This document shows, in pieces, positions 18,975 to 31,657 of a stretch of DNA of 64,000 bases; positions within the stretch are counted from its first letter, which is position 1; every line of letters begins with the position of its first letter. Origin of the DNA: Anaeromyxobacter sp. (GTDB lineage: Bacteria; Myxococcota; Myxococcia; Myxococcales; Anaeromyxobacteraceae). The notes under the pieces are model-generated. The model searched no databases. It saw only the letters and a list, made by a program, of their open reading frames with translations, and was not told the DNA's origin. The stretch is taken from NCBI GenBank assembly GCA_049840735.1, contig JASGJN010000023.1, forward strand, positions 32,001 to 96,000, given 5' to 3'. Both the position numbers and the translations under genes were made by a program.

Positions 18975-20846
18975 TCACTGGACCGTGAACGTCACCTCGG
19001 TCGCGCTCGCGAACGAGTAGAGGAACCCGGACACGGTGGCGCCGGTGACGTTCGGGACCATCTGGACGTTCGGGTCCGCCGAGAACGGGCCCGAGAACGA
19101 GAGCACCGAGCCGGTGTAGGCGCCGGGGCTGAGCGGGCTGCCCTCGTCCAGCAGCGAGGTCGGCGCGAAGGTCCGGTCGGTGCCCCAGTAGAAGGCGGCG
19201 TCGGCGTCGCTCGAGAGCGTGGCCCAGTAGAGCGGCGCGTAGCCGGGGTGGCCGGCGGTGGCGCTGTCGGTCCAGCGCGCGGTGAGGCCGCTGCCGCCCA
19301 CCGTGGCGCCGTCGGCCGGCGACTCCCAGGCCAGCTCGCCCACCACCTCCACCCAGCCGGCGCCGTCCACCGCGCCGTCGCCGTTCACGTCCACGGCGAG
19401 GTCGTACCGCTCGCCCGGCGTGAGCGCGGCCTGGAGCGTGTAGAAGCCGGTCTCCGCAGCGGCCAGCGGCAGCACGTGGGGCTGGCCGTCGGGGCCGGTG
19501 AGCGTGACCACCGCCGTGTCGGTCGGGACCGGGTCCAGGAGGTCGCCGTCAGGCCCGGGCAGCCCCTCCTCCACCGACACGAACCCGCCCGCCGCGTCGA
19601 GGACGCCGACCACGTGGTAGGCGAGCTGGCTCAGGACGCCGACCCGGATCACCAGCCGGTCCTCCGGCGTGCCCACCACCGCGGCGAGGCCGGCCGGGTC
19701 GCCCGCCACCGAGGCGCTCAGCCCCGCGCCGCCGGAGCAGGAGCGGGAGACCAGGCCGGTGAGCGGGAGGTCCGCCACCTTCCCGAACTCGATGTACTTG
19801 GCCCCGGGCATGCCGGTGAGGGAGCCGTCCACGTCGATGCCGGTCTGGTAGGCGACGATCTCCGAGCTGCCGTCGCGGAGCGCCACCAGCTGGAAGTCGC
19901 CGTTCGCGTCGCTGTAGGTGGCGGTGCCGGGGAAGGCCTCGACGCGGGCGTTGGGCAGCGGCTTGCCGTCCACGGCCGAGACCACCTTGCCGTAGAGGTC
20001 GGCGCAGTCGTTCCCCTCCGGCGCCGCGCCGTACCAGGAGAAGTGGCGGATGGCGGCGCGCAGCACGGGGGTGACGCCGTCCACGCTGGATCGGGACACC
20101 GTGCCCTCGACGAAGTCCTGCCACGCGCCGCTGTCCGGGCCGTAGGCGTAGCAGTGGATCACGGTGCCCAGCGGGTACTGCGCGCGGAGGCTGGGCGGGA
20201 TGGGCAGCTCCACCACCGCGCTGGCCGAGGACTTCAGATTGACGCGGCGGCCGCCCGGCTCGTAGAGGCTGAACTCGGCGAAGGTGACCGGGACCAGGAC
20301 GCTGCCGTTGTCACCCGCCGTGACGAGCTGGCCGGGCAGGACCGAGCGCTCCCGGGTCGGGTCCACCGGCGTGATGGTCACCTCCAGCCCGGTGGCCGTG
20401 GTGTCGAGGCTGTCCGGCGAGAGGATCAGGGCGTACGGGCCGGCCTCGGTCAGCTCGGAGAGCGTCGCCGCCTGGGCCGGATCGTAGGCCTGCCGCGCGC
20501 CCTCGCGCTTCAGGGCCACCAGCGCGGCCTCCGCGTCCTCGCCGGACCGGGCGAGGCCATAGGTGGGCGCGTAGCCGTCCAGCGTGAGCGTGAGCTTGAC
20601 CGCGCCGGCGGGCACGCCGGTGAGGGTGAACTCGCCGGCGTCGTCGGTGGTGGTGGTGCGGGCGCCGGCCGCGACGGCCACGCCGGCGAGCCGGCCGCCG
20701 GTGCCGGCGTCGGTGACCACGCCGAAGACCGTGTTGGGGGTGGTCGTGGGCGGGGTCGAGCTCCCGCCGCCACCACCGCCGCAGGCGGCGAGCAGCGCGA
20801 GGGAGAGGAGGGCGGCGGTGCGGGCGAGCGGGCTGCGATGCGTCAT
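18975..20846 (-). CDS. Surface lipoprotein with carboxypeptidase-regulatory-like domains and a ZU5-like HFS motif
   Basis: LLAAC lipobox plus Gly/Thr linker; G.V.D...G..LAGV.V and TDDAGEFTL repeats; AAIRHFSWY. Confidence 0.8.
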   Translation of the reverse strand: MTHRSPLARTAALLSLALLAACGGGGGGSSTPPTTTPNTVFGVVTDAGTGGRLAGVAVAAGARTTTTDDAGEFTLTGVPAGAVKLTLTLDGYAPTYGLARSGEDAEAALVALKREGARQAYDPAQAATLSELTEAGPYALILSPDSLDTTATGLEVTITPVDPTRERSVLPGQLVTAGDNGSVLVPVTFAEFSLYEPGGRRVNLKSSASAVVELPIPPSLRAQYPLGTVIHCYAYGPDSGAWQDFVEGTVSRSSVDGVTPVLRAAIRHFSWYGAAPEGNDCADLYGKVVSAVDGKPLPNARVEAFPGTATYSDANGDFQLVALRDGSSEIVAYQTGIDVDGSLTGMPGAKYIEFGKVADLPLTGLVSRSCSGGAGLSASVAGDPAGLAAVVGTPEDRLVIRVGVLSQLAYHVVGVLDAAGGFVSVEEGLPGPDGDLLDPVPTDTAVVTLTGPDGQPHVLPLAAAETGFYTLQAALTPGERYDLAVDVNGDGAVDGAGWVEVVGELAWESPADGATVGGSGLTARWTDSATAGHPGYAPLYWATLSSDADAAFYWGTDRTFAPTSLLDEGSPLSPGAYTGSVLSFSGPFSADPNVQMVPNVTGATVSGFLYSFASATEVTFTVQ

Positions 20847-22024
20847 CGGTGCTCCTGGGTGCGCGTCCCGGTGGCGCGCGGGGGTGGTCCGGGGACGACG
20901 GCCACGTCGAAGCTGAGGCCGTCGATGGGGAAGGCGCGGCGGACCTCGAGCCGGTCCGGGTCGAGGTCGAGCAGGTGCCCGTCGGTGCCGCCGGAGACGA
21001 CGTAGGCGGTCCGGCCGTCGGGCGAGAGCGCGGCGTGGGTGGGGTTGGGGTAGCGGCGCCCCTGCCCCTGCAGCGGCGCGGTCCGGGCGGTGCCCAGGGC
21101 GGGATCGAGGCGCGAGACGGCGTCGGAGTAGTGGCCCATCACCAGCACCTCGCCGCCGGGCAGCGGCGTGAGGCCCATGGGGCCGGGCGCCACCGTGAGC
21201 GGGGCCCCGGCGCCGGCAGGGCCGACCGGCGTGATGGTGTCGGCCTCGAAGTTGGACACCAGCGCGCGGCCGTCCGCCGCGAGCAGGGCCCCGGGGTCAG
21301 AGCCCACCAGGACGTCGCCGCGGGGCTCCAGCGAGGCCGCGTCCAGCCGGCGGATCACCGCCGGCGCGGTCGAGGGCGGGGTGGGGCGGAGCGCGACCAG
21401 CACCTCGTCCCCCGCGCGCGCCAGGGCCACCGCCTCGCGGGCCTCGCCCGCGGGCGCGAGCGGGATCCGGCGCAGGACGGCGCCTGAGGCCAGGTCCAGC
21501 TCGGCCAGCACGCCGCTCCGGACGTGCGCCACCAGCAGGCGCCGGCCGTCGGCGGACACCAGCAGCGCGAAGGGACGCTCGCCCGCGTAGCGCGGGAGCG
21601 GGCCGCCCGGCGCGCCATGGCAGTCGGCGCAGCTGGTGCGGGTGAAGGCCCCCTGGGTGAAGTGGCCCTCAATCCTCGTCCCGTCGTCGCGCGCCTCCGG
21701 GACCGGGCCGGTGAGGAAGGTGCGGCGGACGGTGGCGGTGGCCGGGTCGAGCTCCGCCACGGCCTGCGAGCCGGTCAGGACCACCAGCAGCGTCCCGGAC
21801 GGCGTGGCGAGGAGCTGGTGCGGGAGCATCCCCACCGGGATGCGCCGCACGGTCTCGCCGCTGGCCGGATCGATGACGGCCACGCTGCCGGTGGCGGTCT
21901 GGCTCACGTAGAGGTGGTGCGGCGCGGAGGAGCCCTCGCCTTCGCAGGCGGTGCCGGCCAGCATCGCCCCCGCCAGGGCGCCCGCGAGCGCCACGCCGAT
22001 GCCGCGACCACGATCCACGCGCAC
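20843..22024 (-). CDS. YncE/YVTN-like beta-propeller lipoprotein containing a CxxCH heme-c motif
   Basis: LAGTAC lipobox; LYVSQ..GSVAVID..IPVG..P blades; CADCH insertion; 4-nt overlap with downstream gene. Confidence 0.75.
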   Translation of the reverse strand: MRVDRGRGIGVALAGALAGAMLAGTACEGEGSSAPHHLYVSQTATGSVAVIDPASGETVRRIPVGMLPHQLLATPSGTLLVVLTGSQAVAELDPATATVRRTFLTGPVPEARDDGTRIEGHFTQGAFTRTSCADCHGAPGGPLPRYAGERPFALLVSADGRRLLVAHVRSGVLAELDLASGAVLRRIPLAPAGEAREAVALARAGDEVLVALRPTPPSTAPAVIRRLDAASLEPRGDVLVGSDPGALLAADGRALVSNFEADTITPVGPAGAGAPLTVAPGPMGLTPLPGGEVLVMGHYSDAVSRLDPALGTARTAPLQGQGRRYPNPTHAALSPDGRTAYVVSGGTDGHLLDLDPDRLEVRRAFPIDGLSFDVAVVPGPPPRATGTRTQEHR

Positions 22025-22182
22025 ACTCCCGTCCCGTCCGGCACGCGCCGGTCCGCTTCCCAACCGTCGATGGGGTGAGCCCTTTCTTGTCGGGGCATGT
22101 GTGGAATTCTTCTCCTGCTTGGGTGCAGGGCGGCCGTGCAGCCAGTCGCCGGCCGCGCCGGGAGCGGCTAGATTCGCGGACC

Positions 22183-22608
22183 ATGTGGACCGTCGCGCCG
22201 CGCACCCTGGGGCAGGCCCTCGCCGCCGACGCGCTCTACCTGGCGGCGGTGGGGCTGTTCCTGGGCCTGCAGCGGCTGGGGCTGCGCCTGCGCCGCGAGG
22301 AGCACCAGGCCTGGTGGGCCGGCACCGGCCGCGACCTGCTCAACGTGGCCGGGCTGCTGGCCATCGGCGGCGCGTTGCACCTGCTGGGCCTGTCCTGGCC
22401 GGCCGCGCTGCTGGTGGGCGGAACGCAGACGCTGCTGCTGTTCGGGGTGGCGGTGTTCCTGGCCACGCAGACCAGCACGCGCCATCCGCTGGTCTGGTCG
22501 CTCCTGGCCGGGCTGCTCCTGTCGGTGCCGGTGCTGGGCTGGCGCGAGGAGGTGGTGGCCGGGTTCGGCGGGGTGGCGCTGGCGCTGTTCGGGGCGGCGG
22601 GGGGGTGA
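22183..22608 (+). CDS. Small integral membrane hypothetical protein
   Basis: About 4 hydrophobic segments, GC3 bias; start uncertain. Confidence 0.65.
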   Translation: MWTVAPRTLGQALAADALYLAAVGLFLGLQRLGLRLRREEHQAWWAGTGRDLLNVAGLLAIGGALHLLGLSWPAALLVGGTQTLLLFGVAVFLATQTSTRHPLVWSLLAGLLLSVPVLGWREEVVAGFGGVALALFGAAGG

Positions 22609-22623
22609 GCCGGGTCCATCCCT

Positions 22624-22673
22624 GGGCTTCGACTCCGCGAGCCCTGTGGGCTCGCTACGCTCAGCCCGAACGG
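22624..22673 (+). repeat. Structured REP-like element, copy 1
   Basis: GGGC-TTCGACTCC-GCGAGCCC-TGT-GGGCTCGC-TACGCTCA-GCCC-GAACGG. Confidence 0.85.
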
Positions 22674-22732
22674 ACCGACGAACCAGAGGCCCGAAGCCTG
22701 AGGCCCGCTCGCTCCCGCCGCGCCAAGACGAA

Positions 22733-22760
22733 GAGGCCGCCGGGTCTCCCCGGCGGCCTC
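22733..22760 (-). terminator. Intrinsic terminator downstream of groEL
   Basis: GAGGCCGCCGGG / CCCGGCGGCCTC 12-bp stem followed on the minus strand by TTCGTCTT. Confidence 0.7.
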
Positions 22761-22799
22761 CGATGACTCAGCGGTTCCGGCCTCGCGGCCGGAGCGGGA

Positions 22800-24494
<1,695 letters not shown>

Positions 24495-24791
24495 CTAGCC
24501 CTCGATCACGCCGAGGATGTCGTCCTCGCGCATGATCAGGTGCTCCTCGCCGTCGATCTTGATCTCGGTCCCGGCGTACTTGGAGAAGAGGATCCGGTCA
24601 CCGGCCTTCACGTCGAGCGGGCGGACCTTGCCGTCCTCCTGGACCTTGCCGTTGCCGACGGCGATCACCTTGCCCTCGATCGGCTTCTCCTTGGCGGTGT
24701 CCGGGATGATGATGCCGCCCTTCGTCTTCTCCTCCTCCTGCACGCGCTTCACGATGATGCGGTCCTGCAGGGGGCGGATCTTGGTGCTCAT
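24495..24791 (-). CDS. groES: Co-chaperonin GroES
   Basis: [33 protein letters not shown]. Confidence 0.99.
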   Translation of the reverse strand: MSTKIRPLQDRIIVKRVQEEEKTKGGIIIPDTAKEKPIEGKVIAVGNGKVQEDGKVRPLDVKAGDRILFSKYAGTEIKIDGEEHLIMREDDILGVIEG

Positions 24792-24862
24792 ACGTTCCTC
24801 CTCGCGGTGTCTGTCCCGCCCGACGCGGTGCGGCCGGGACGGTCGTAAGGTCGATGTGCCGG

Positions 24863-24889
24863 CTGGCAGTCAGATGGTCCGACTGCCAG
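24863..24889. promoter_or_regulatory. CIRCE-like (HrcA) operator in the groES leader
   Basis: Perfect inverted repeat CTGGCAGTC-N9-GACTGCCAG; consensus CIRCE is TTAGCACTC-N9-GAGTGCTAA. Confidence 0.8.
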
Positions 24890-24899
24890 CGGCGGGCGT

Positions 24900-24927
24900 A
24901 TCCTAACCACCGACCCAGGGCTGTCAA
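24900..24927 (-). promoter_or_regulatory. Sigma70-type promoter of groES-groEL
   Basis: Minus-strand TTGACA-16nt-TAGGAT directly upstream of the CIRCE. Confidence 0.7.
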
Positions 24928-24980
24928 GCGAGCCCGTCCGTGTTGTACCTCTCCGGAAACAGGCGGTTTTTTCGAAATCA

Positions 24981-25041
24981 CTGGCAGTCGACCCGATCGA
25001 GTGCTCACGCGCGGTTGGCACTCGCCTGTCCGCTCTGCTGA
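24981..25041. promoter_or_regulatory. Two additional CIRCE-like elements
   Basis: CTGGCAGTC-N9-GAGTGCTCA (24981-25007) and TTGGCACTC-N9-CTCTGCTGA (25015-25041). Confidence 0.65.
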
Positions 25042-25183
25042 CGGTGCGGGTCGTCGGTAAAAACCCCTTGTCCTACAGGGGCTTGTCTCTCTGGAAGGCC
25101 GGGCGTTACCGTTCTGGGTAGGAGCGCCGTCCGCTGGGAGGGCGGGGGGCGCCCGCCAGGCCGGCCGAGGAGGGTCAGACCGC

Positions 25184-25804
25184 GTGAGCGATGACGGGAT
25201 CCTGATCGGGAAGAGCGCGCACGAGTGGTTCCGCGAGATGGTGGGCGACGCCCTGTCGCACCGGAACCTGAAGGTCCAGGAGACGACCGAGTTCTACCTG
25301 GTCAACCTGCTGGCCAGCTTCCTCGAGTCGGAGCGGCTGTTCGTGGAGGAGCCGGACGGCACGGTCCGGGCGGAGCCGCTGGCGGTGATCCTCATGAACG
25401 CGCTCCGCTCCGAGCGGGCGGTCCGGACCCGCGAGCTGCGGCGGCTGGGCGACACCTCGCTGTTCGTCTCCGGGTTCTTCGGCGACTCGCTGGCCGGGTC
25501 GCTGGTCGACGTCGACTACTACATCGCCATGGGCGAGCGCGCCTACGGCACCCTGGCCAGCACCGAGCGCCGCCAGGGCGAGCTCTTCGGCGAGCTGGCG
25601 GAGCGCTTCCCCACCTTCGTGGACCTGTTCGCCGAGATCGCCGAGCTCTCCAACCTCCGCTCCAACCGCGGCCTGCTGAAGCTCTACGAGCGGTTCCTCA
25701 CCACCCGCTCGCAGCGCGTGGCCGAGCTGCTGCGCGAGCGCGGCGTGGCCCTCTTCGCCGGTCCTGGCGCGCCGCCCCGGGGGCCGGGAGGCCTCAAGCA
25801 TTGA
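25184..25804 (+). CDS. Conserved hypothetical protein divergent from groES
   Basis: 206-aa ORF, strong codon bias; YLVNLL, LRRLGDTSLFVSGFF, VDVDYYIAMG.AY motifs. Confidence 0.85.
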   Translation: MSDDGILIGKSAHEWFREMVGDALSHRNLKVQETTEFYLVNLLASFLESERLFVEEPDGTVRAEPLAVILMNALRSERAVRTRELRRLGDTSLFVSGFFGDSLAGSLVDVDYYIAMGERAYGTLASTERRQGELFGELAERFPTFVDLFAEIAELSNLRSNRGLLKLYERFLTTRSQRVAELLRERGVALFAGPGAPPRGPGGLKH

Positions 25805-26484
25805 GCGCCAGCCCGCCGCGCCGCGCCGCCGAGACGACGCTGGGCTTCCTGCAGGACGAGCTGGAGGCCATCTACGGCGTCGAGGCGCCGCGCGTGCACG
25901 AGTTCCTGCTCGGGCGCGAGGCGGCCCGCGCCGCCGGCCGCGTGCCGCGCGCGCCGGAGGAGCTCTTGGTGCTGGAGGAGGAGGACGGCGTGGCGCTGGG
26001 GCTCTACCTCGACGACGAGGTGCTGGCCGCCGCGGCGGTGGCCAATCCCCACGACCGCCGCCCGCGCCTGACCGCCCGCGGCGCGCTCCGCCCGCTGGCC
26101 TGCGCCGCCGAGGGCGTCTCGCACTTCGTCTACCTGTCCACCCGCGCCGCCGAGGGGCGGCCGGTCTCGCTGCTGGAGCTGGAGGTCCAGGCCGAGGTGG
26201 ACAAGTTCGTGCTGCTGGTGCTCCACCTGTGGCGGCGCGGCCTGCGCCGCATGAGCCCGGCGCTGCGCCGCCGGCTCTTCGAGCGCGTCCGCTACCACGC
26301 CCACCTCGAGGCCGACGAGCTGCACCGCTACCGCGAGGCCAACCGGCTGGGCGGCGCTTACGCCAGGTTCCTGGAGGGGCGCTACGTCTCGGAGGCCGAT
26401 CTGGACGGCCTGCTGCGCGAGCTGCGGTGGAGCTACCGGCTGGGCGCGGGGGAGAAGCTGGGGTACCTCGGTAGCCACCATTAG
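25801..26484 (+). CDS. Conserved hypothetical protein coupled to the upstream gene
   Basis: TTG start overlapping the upstream TGA; EGVSHFVYL, LLELEVQAEVDKF, RYREAN motifs. Confidence 0.8.
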   Translation: MSASPPRRAAETTLGFLQDELEAIYGVEAPRVHEFLLGREAARAAGRVPRAPEELLVLEEEDGVALGLYLDDEVLAAAAVANPHDRRPRLTARGALRPLACAAEGVSHFVYLSTRAAEGRPVSLLELEVQAEVDKFVLLVLHLWRRGLRRMSPALRRRLFERVRYHAHLEADELHRYREANRLGGAYARFLEGRYVSEADLDGLLRELRWSYRLGAGEKLGYLGSHH

Positions 26485-26619
26485 TGCGGGGGCTGCGCCC
26501 CCGCCCCGCCGGCGAAGCCGTCGGGGCCCCACCCCTGCTGCGCTGGGTCCCGCCGGGGCCCCCGCCCCCTTTGCAGAAAAGCAGAGGGCGCGCCGTTGCG
26601 GGCGCGCCCTCGGAGCTGT

Positions 26620-26666
26620 CCGCTCGGCCTGAGCGTAGCGCCGCGCCAGCGGCGCGGAGTCGAAGG
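26620..26666 (-). repeat. Structured REP-like element, copy 2
   Basis: GGCC-TGAGCGTA-GCGCCGC..GCGGCGC-GGAGTCGAA-GGCC on + strand (reverse orientation). Confidence 0.8.
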
Positions 26667-26686
26667 CCAGGCGTTGGCGGCTCGAC

Positions 26687-26953
26687 CTACCGCAGCGTGC
26701 GGGTCTGGCCGGCGGGCAGCGTGGCCTTCTCGGAGTCGTACTTGCCGGCCAGCGCCTCGCGGACCGAGCGGTCGAAGCGGACCTTGCCGGTGGCGATCTC
26801 GCGGAGCGAGAGGACGGGCGGCTTGTTCTTGGTGTCGGGCTGCAGCGGGCGGGCGCCGGCCATCAGCTGGCGGGTCCGCTTGGTCGCGAGCAGCACCAGC
26901 GCGAAGCGGTTGTCCACGAGCGGGAGGCAGTCTTCGACGGTGACGCGGGCCAT
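26687..26953 (-). CDS. rpoZ: RNA polymerase omega subunit
   Basis: [28 protein letters not shown]...[12 protein letters not shown]. Confidence 0.97.
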   Translation of the reverse strand: MARVTVEDCLPLVDNRFALVLLATKRTRQLMAGARPLQPDTKNKPPVLSLREIATGKVRFDRSVREALAGKYDSEKATLPAGQTRTLR

Positions 26954-27040
26954 CGGGCAACTCCTGACAGTTACGGACGAAATGCAAAAGCGCCGGAGGA
27001 CCGGCGGAGGGCGGAACATAATGCGGGCCGGGCGGCCCGG

Positions 27041-27595
27041 TCAACCACCGTTTGGCCCGGGCGGCCCCCCGCCGGGCTGGCCGGCGCGAAGTGCGGCCAG
27101 GTGTGCCTCCAGCTCGGCGCCGGCCTCGGCGGGCAGCACCAGCACCTCCCCGCGCGGCCCCAGCGCGAAGACGGTGCCGTCCGCGCCGTTGGTCTGCCCC
27201 AGGGCGAGCCGCTGCAGCTGGCCGCCGGGGCCGGTGAGCGTGAGCTGCAGCCGGGGATGGTCCAGGCCGTACCAGGCCAGGTTCCCCTTCCCAGGCGCGG
27301 CCAGCTCGACGCGGTTCCGGAGCGCCGCCAGCACGTCCAGCAGCGCCGGCACGTGCCCCGCGGACCCCGGCGGCGCACCCTCCCAGCCTTCGCCGGTCCG
27401 GCGCAGTCGCAGCGTGCCCTCCGCCCCCTGCGCGTCGAGCGCCACGGCCGCCGCCGGGTCGAAGGCCCACACCGTCGCGCCGCGCGCCGGCAGCCCGGCC
27501 CCGGCCTGCCAGCGCACCGCGAAGGCCACGATGGCCGCCACCGCGGCCACCACCGCCAGCCCCAGCGCCAGGCCCAGCTTCGCTCCCGTCCGCAT
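27041..27595 (-). CDS. DUF4340-like membrane-anchored periplasmic protein
   Basis: N-terminal [12 protein letters not shown]...LGQTN..GTVFA pattern. Confidence 0.6.
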   Translation of the reverse strand: MRTGAKLGLALGLAVVAAVAAIVAFAVRWQAGAGLPARGATVWAFDPAAAVALDAQGAEGTLRLRRTGEGWEGAPPGSAGHVPALLDVLAALRNRVELAAPGKGNLAWYGLDHPRLQLTLTGPGGQLQRLALGQTNGADGTVFALGPRGEVLVLPAEAGAELEAHLAALRAGQPGGGPPGPNGG

Positions 27596-27703
27596 CCGGC
27601 GACCATGCCACGCGCCGGCGCGCCGGGCGAGCGGCACCGCGGGGCGCGGTCCTTGCCGGCGCCCCGCCCCGGGGGCAGACTCGCCCGCGGTCCCGGAGGT
27701 CAC

Positions 27704-28866
<1,163 letters not shown>

Positions 28867-28870
<4 letters not shown>

Positions 28871-31536
28871 CCCGCCAGCGCCTCGCCCACCTTGGCCAGC
28901 AGCTGCTCGCGGTCGAAGGGCTTGGGCAGGAAGCCCTCCTGCACGCCGGAGAGGATGTCCTCCTGCGTGCCGGGGATGGCGGTGTAGCCGGACATGTAGA
29001 GGACCCGCAGCCCGGGCACGCGCGCCCGCAGCATGCGGCACAGGTCGCGGCCGTTCAGGCCGGGCATGACCACGTCGGTGAGCAAGAGGTCGATGGCGGC
29101 CTCGCCGTGGGCCGCCGCCACCCGCAGCGCGTCCAGCCCGTCCTCGGCCGGCAGCACGCGGTAGCCGGCGCCGGCCAGGTAGCGCTCGATCAGCCGGCGG
29201 ATGCCGGGCTCGTCCTCGGCCAGGAGCACCGTCCGCTCCCCCGCCACGGACGGCGCGGGCGCGGGCGCCGGCGTGGCGGGCGTGGCGAGGGGGCTGGCCA
29301 GCTCGGCGCCGGCGCCGCCCAGGTCGGCCGGGAAGAGGACGCGGAACGAGGTGCCCTGGCCGCTCGCGCTGCGGACCGCGATGTCGCCGCCGTGCTGCTT
29401 CACCACGCCCAGCACCGTGGCCAGCCCCAGCCCGGTGCCGCGCCCCTGCGCCTTGGTGGTGAAGAACGGCTCGAAGACGCGCTCCAGCACCTCGGGCGCC
29501 ATGCCGTGCCCGGTGTCGGAGACCACCAGCTCGACGAAGGGGCCGGCGCCCAGCCCGGCCGGCGCCGCCTCCGGCGAGAGGTCGAGGTTGCGGGTGGCGA
29601 AGGTGAGGACGCCGCCGTGGGGCATGGCGTCCCGCGCGTTGGCCGCCAGGTTGAGCAGCACCTGCTGCAGCTGCCCCGGATCCCCGCGCAGCGCCCAGAG
29701 GTCGTTGGCCAGCTCCAGCCGGATGGTCACGTCCTCGCCGATGAGCCGGCGCATGATGGCGTGGAAGCCGGTGATCTCGGCGTTCAGGTCGAGGGCGTTG
29801 CGGACCAGCGGCTGGCGCCGCCCGAAGGCCAGCAGCTGGCGCACCAGGTCGCTGGCCCGCCGCGCGGCGTCCACGGCCTCGCCCAGCTGCGCGGTGACCC
29901 GGTGCTCGGGGCCGAGCTGCTCCAGCGCGTCGAGCGTGTTGCCGAGGATGGGCGTGAGCAGGTTGTTGAAGTCGTGGGCCACGCCGCCCGCCAGCCGCCC
30001 CAGCGACTCCAGCCGCTGGCCGTCCTCGACCCGCCGCCGCAGCGCCTCGCGCTCCGCCTCGGCGCGCTTCTGGTCCGAGACGTCGATGATGAGGCCGCGG
30101 AACCCGGCCGGCTTGCCGTCGCGCAGGATGGGGGCGGAGTAGATCATCACCGGCAGCGTGGTGCCGTCCCGGCGGCGCATCCGGTACTCCTGGCCGGCCC
30201 CGAGCTGGCCGCCGCTGGCCAGCTGGCCCACGCGCTCCTTGGCGCCGGCCAGCTCCTCGGGGGGCAGGAAGTCGGTGACCCGCATGCCGGGCGGGATCTC
30301 GTCGTAGCCGAACGTGGCGTAGGCCTGGCGGTTGACCCAGGTGATGACCCCGCGCCGGTCCGCCTCGTACACCACCTGCGGCAGCAGGTCGGTCAGCTCG
30401 CGGAAGCGCCGCTCGCTCCGGCGCAGCGCGCGGATGAAGACCAGCAGGGCCAGCGAGAAGATGGTCAGGCCGGTCATGGTGGCGCAGCCGGCCAGGATCC
30501 AGGGCCAGTAGCGGTCCCAGGCGCCCTCGGGCGGGTTGAGGATCCGGACCGCCCGGCCGTCCACGGTGCTGGGGACGTGCAGCCCCAGCCGCTCCGCCAC
30601 CGGCGCGTCCACGACCAGGTAGGCCATCGCCCCGGCGTCGGTCGGCGGCGAGCCGCCTGCCAGCAGCTGGATGAGGAGCTCGGCGGCGCGGTGCCCCTGC
30701 TCCCGCCCGCCCAGCACGGCGCCGCCCACCACGCCATGGGCCAGCTGGAAGTCCCACAGCGCGTACACCGGGGCGCGGCTGACGGCGGAGACCCGCTCCG
30801 CCACCCGCTCGTAGCTGCGGACCTCGCCCAGCCGGTCGCGGTTGAAGGAGCCGAGCACCAGCGCGTCCTTTAGCGGGTCCAGCGTCGCCGCGAAGGTCTC
30901 CAGCTCGGCGAAGGACATGGCGCCGAGCGTCGCGATCTCGATGTGCGGGTGGAGCCCGTTCAGGCGCACCACGTCCGGCCGCACCCCGGCGCTGGTCTCG
31001 GTCTCGTCGAGGGCCACGTGGACGCGCCGCAGCCGCGGCTGGAGCGCCCGCGCCAGCGTCACGGTGCCGGGCAGGTCCACCCGCTCCAGCACGCCGGAGA
31101 GCCGCCGCCCGTCGGCGATGTGGGGCGGGGCGGGCAGGTTCACGCCGCAGTAGGCCACCGGCACCCGGCCGAACAGGTCCGGGTGCTGGAGCACGAAGGT
31201 CAGGGCGGCGTCGTCGGTGGTGAGCACGCCCACGATCCGCTCGTTCTGCAGCCGCCCCTTGATGCGGGCCACGTCGAGGGCGTCGGCCTCCGGGCCGAAG
31301 AACCGCTTGCGGTCCAGGTTCAGCACCACCGGCTGCGCCTCCGGCCAGCGGGCGCGCAGGGCGGCCAGCGCGCCGTCGGTCTCGCCGTCGGTCCAGGTGA
31401 AGCCGCGGTGGTAGCTGTTGAGGATCAGGATCCCCGGCGCAGGCTCCTCCGCGCGCGCCGCCGGCGCGGTCCACGCCAGCGCGAGCGCGAGCGCGGTCGC
31501 GAGGGCAGGGGCTGGCGTTCGCGCGGAGTGAACCAT
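28867..31536 (-). CDS. Hybrid sensor histidine kinase (periplasmic ABC-substrate-binding-like sensor, PAS, HisKA, HATPase, REC)
   Basis: [12 protein letters not shown] sensor start; [36 protein letters not shown]. Confidence 0.92.
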
Positions 31537-31657
31537 CGGACCTGGGGTTCATCCTACCCCGCCGCGGGGCCAGGTGCGACACCGCGCCTGGTCACCTGAC
31601 CGCGGCTCACCACGCGCCGGGTCGGGCTCGGGCTTGCGGGTGCGTCCTGCGCCCACC

